A stretch of DNA of 64,000 nucleotides from Dimorphilus gyrociliatus (taxonomy: Eukaryota > Animalia > Annelida). Below, piece by piece: positions 62,828 through 64,000 of the stretch (positions are counted from its first letter, which is position 1; every line of letters starts with the position of its first letter). The notes under the pieces were generated by a model, which worked only from the letters and a program-made list of their open reading frames with translations, was not told the origin of the DNA and did not search any database. The DNA lies in NCBI GenBank assembly GCA_904063045.1, contig CAJFCJ010000018.1:62001-126000 (forward strand). Reading direction: 5' to 3'. The position numbers and the translations under genes are program-made.

Positions 62828-64000
62828 CCTTTATATAATTTACTTTTCTTTTCAGCAATCATTAAAATGACTGTATTTACGAATAATTAATACTATATTC
62901 AAGCAGTAGTCTTCAAATATTGGTTCTTTACATTGATTTTTGTACTTAATTCTCAAAGTAACACAAATAACTCTGTTTACGTGAATATGTCTATGCATAA
63001 CTCCCGCCTCCTCTACTTTTTTAACCTTGTCGCGTCCTTTCTAGTCATTAAGTCTATCTTACCTTCGTGCTGGAGAGATCATTGAGCGAAGCATGGAAAA
63101 TTTTTACGTCTAAATCTTATCTGATTTATTTAACTAAAAAAGAGTAGATCTCTCAGTTTCCTAATTTTTTATCACTTTTTATATATAAAAGATTTTTAAA
63201 TTTCTTTAACAGATATTAGTTTATCTTTTTTTCGAATCTTGTCAATTTCTTGCATATTTTCCCTACAAAGTACTGCTAATCTCTATTTATCTCATCATCT
63301 CTGAAATTTCAAATAGCCAATTTTGAAAACTGAGTTGATAAGTTAATTTTATAGAACTAATGTTTAGAGTCTTTTTATCCTATACATTTTGTATTTTACA
63401 ATTAAATAATTAAGGGCATATTATTTATTTCTTACATTTTTCATATCATACGTATGAGATGTAGATTGTTTACTGAAGAATAACCTATTCAAAATCGTGT
63501 TTTTCCTCCTTTTCCTAATCTTCTGATTATCATTTCACCTCCCGTTACTACAAGGCAGAATGATCGAGTTTTTCCTTGTGTCAGATACGCCATCTAGTGA
63601 TTACTTCATATCGCAAAAATTCCAAACTCTTCCAAAGAATTTACATTTGAATAAGCAGAAGAAGGATAAGTAGAATACACAAAAAGCCAATATAGTGAGA
63701 AACTAATAGAATAATTCTTAAAATAAGATATAAAAGAGAGTTAAATAAAAACAATAATTCGTGTATATTATTGTTTATTTTCATATTTTAAGTCTATTTG
63801 ATAGTAATATCAAAGATTTATTCTACTGAAATGCTAAAAATTTGATTAGCGATTAATTATTGTCACTTTTTAATGAAAAGTAATATTTACAAATGACTTA
63901 CCCCTTTGTAATCTCTCAACGATCCAGACCTCTTTACTTTAAAAAGACTACTTACCTTGCTTATTTGAGGAGACCTCAAATAGTTGTTTTCTCTTAAGAA

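Noticed and set aside
1-64000. Prokaryotic or defence-system features (CRISPR arrays, operons, tRNA/rRNA)
   Set aside because: No repeat-spacer array, tRNA cloverleaf or rRNA signature was seen. The sequence is clearly spliced eukaryotic DNA.

Overview
AT-rich, gene-dense eukaryotic (bilaterian animal) genomic DNA with canonical GT-AG introns, mostly 45-80 nt. Fifteen intron-containing protein-coding genes can be reconstructed by hand: CTDSP/SCP phosphatase (-, 3' end runs off the window), SLC15/PepT peptide transporter (+), TANC/rolling-pebbles-like (-), Maelstrom (-), TBCK (+), TADA2A-like (+), C1-type RASSF (-), SLC4 Na+-coupled bicarbonate transporter (+), ALG9 (-), PCCB (+), an orphan TM/Cys-rich/GYGQ-repeat gene (-), a catalytically dead ADAM (-), COPS4 (-), a RIG-I-like helicase (+) and an UNC93A-like transporter (-). 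I recognised no rRNA, tRNA, CRISPR array or intact transposon. The architecture fits a miniaturised invertebrate genome such as the annelid Dimorphilus; this is an unverified inference. Most notable: (1) a RIG-I-like receptor with a single DED-like N-terminal domain instead of tandem CARDs, altered helicase motifs IV-VI and a perfect ISRE/IRF element 39 nt upstream of its ATG, lying tail-to-tail with UNC93A-like; (2) the orphan Cys-rich membrane protein with a prion-like tail; (3) a candidate spliced antisense gene nested in an UNC93A intron; (4) CTCF-like motifs at several gene boundaries. All exon structures are manual predictions and all homology calls come from motif recognition, not database searches.
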